A stretch of 63,998 bases of DNA, counting the filler, from Lenisia limosa (lineage: Eukaryota > Protista > Breviatea), in NCBI GenBank assembly GCA_001655205.1. It is 7 parts of 7 records of this genome, joined end to end, with 100 filler letters (N's around TTAATTAATTAA, not from the genome) between each part and the next. Parts side by side here need not be neighbours in the genome. Positions count along the whole stretch, not along the records: positions 62,451 to 63,998 come from LPNZ01000461.1; 6 more parts are not named here. The stretch is one strand, 5' to 3'. Made by a program: the position numbers and the translations under genes. Within the stretch, counting starts at the first letter, position 1, and each line of letters starts with the position of its first letter. The notes under the pieces were generated by a model. That model ran no database searches. It was not told where the DNA came from and saw only the letters and a program-made list of their open reading frames with translations. Below, piece after piece: positions 62,900 to 63,998 of this stretch.

Positions 62900-63998
62900 N
62901 NAGTAAAAAAACCCAGAATTGTGAAAGGCCATCCCAAGAGCCTGTCTTTTCCTCCAGTAATTCAGGGGCAACATATGATTATTATACCGCCCACCCACCC
63001 TGGAAAACAAACGCAAGAGTCGCTGACCAGGCCTCTTTGCTCGGAAATTGAGTTGACGCCGCATTCCACACACTGGTATCGCGACTAGGGGGGGGGGTGA
63101 AATTGGATAATTTATGAAACAAAAAAAGCCCAAATCAACTCCTCTGGCTGACAAGGATTGATAAAAACATTTAAGAAAGGGGTAAGAGGGGATGATGAAA
63201 GCACCCCCCCCCCACATCCAGCCACTCATAAGAAGCTTCACGAGGGCAGTTACATGCTCCGGTGGATGGGTCTTCTGAGACCTAAAAAATGTAAAGCAAA
63301 GTAGAGTAATTACAGACAAAAGAAGATCAAACACCCCTCACGCCAAGACTCGCGTCACACGCGCACATATCGGCGCTGCTGGCACCCGGGACTGTGGTCT
63401 CATGTTGGCCACATGCCGTGCAGCTCTACATTAGTTACATTAGTTACATTAGTTATAAAAGAAAGTTATTAAATTGCCAGAGAAAAGCCGTAAAAGAACT
63501 AGTAACAAGAGGTCACCGTTTCCTTAGTAGTCATATTTTGGTAGGACCCTCCCCCTCACTGTTTCCTTTGTAGTCATATTTTGGTAGGACCCAGGGGCGC
63601 AGTCAGCACAGGTTTCGGTGATCAGGTCGAAGTACTGGCCTAAGGTACAGAGGCATTCTAACCGGCCGGCTGCGATGGTGAGGAGGTGTACAATGTGTAT
63701 ATGGGGAAATGAAATAATAAAATTTTGGCCAAAACTCCGTCTTAAGACCAAAAATCCAACCTAGAATTCTGATCAGGTCCTAGTGTATATGGAGGGATAT
63801 TGGGTGTACATGTGTTATATATCGGGGTGGTGACCTTAGAAGCCCTGACACGAATAATGAGCTCGTGTCAAGACATATTGCGGTCACTGTGCCAAAGTGG
63901 CTTACTTGCTCCATCACCCATTGTGCAAGTTGGCTGAGATGTGGCAACGTATGACGCCGGCTGGATGATGTGCTGATTGTGTAAGTAATGTAAGTGAT
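62900..63998 (-). CDS. Cys-rich GCC2/GCC3 (ephrin-receptor-like) repeat surface protein, partial at both ends
   Basis: ECLCTLGQYFDLITETCADCAPGSYQNMTTKET|SCTACGQHETTVPGASSADMCACDASLG|VSEDPSTGACNCPREASYEWLD|SRYQCVECGVNSISEQRGLVSDSCVCFPG. Confidence 0.75.

Noticed and set aside
62717-63334. 205-aa ORF in the track, with PLNYWRK resembling a hAT dimerisation motif
   Set aside because: It is an off-frame read through introns. The spliced frame gives coherent Cys-rich GCC2/GCC3 repeats.
1-63998. tRNA, rRNA or snRNA genes
   Set aside because: No cloverleaf with T-loop consensus or rRNA/snRNA signature was recognised by eye. tRNAscan-SE and Infernal would be needed to exclude them.

Overview
This is a 64-kb window of an intron-rich microbial eukaryote genome. 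An amoebozoan-type protist is plausible but is only an inference. Introns are short and GT-AG, and the genetic code looks standard. The assembly is draft quality: many N gaps sit next to G/C homopolymers, and six artificial N-TTAATTAATTAA-N spacers join contigs, so adjacency across them is not real synteny. Recognisable genes are a TOM1/THH1-family membrane protein, NSA2, a MYND-finger protein, RIF1 (7846-20896, minus), an ARM-like protein, PIG-U, a PsuG-PsuK pseudouridine catabolism fusion, a fibrinogen-C-domain gene, MSH6 (3' truncated), a YhhN/TMEM86 protein, a UBX fragment, POC1 (partial) and a GCC2/GCC3 Cys-rich surface protein. The most striking feature is a 3.16-kb element bounded by ~47-bp terminal inverted repeats inside one RIF1 intron. 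It carries an antisense, intron-containing, degenerate orphan gene with no transposase motif recognisable by eye, and removing it leaves a normal ~109-bp intron. The window also holds a Penelope-like RT remnant flanked by copies of a structured dispersed repeat, three MITE families, and several tandem duplications centred on splice sites. All coordinates and alignments were done by eye and exon boundaries are approximate.
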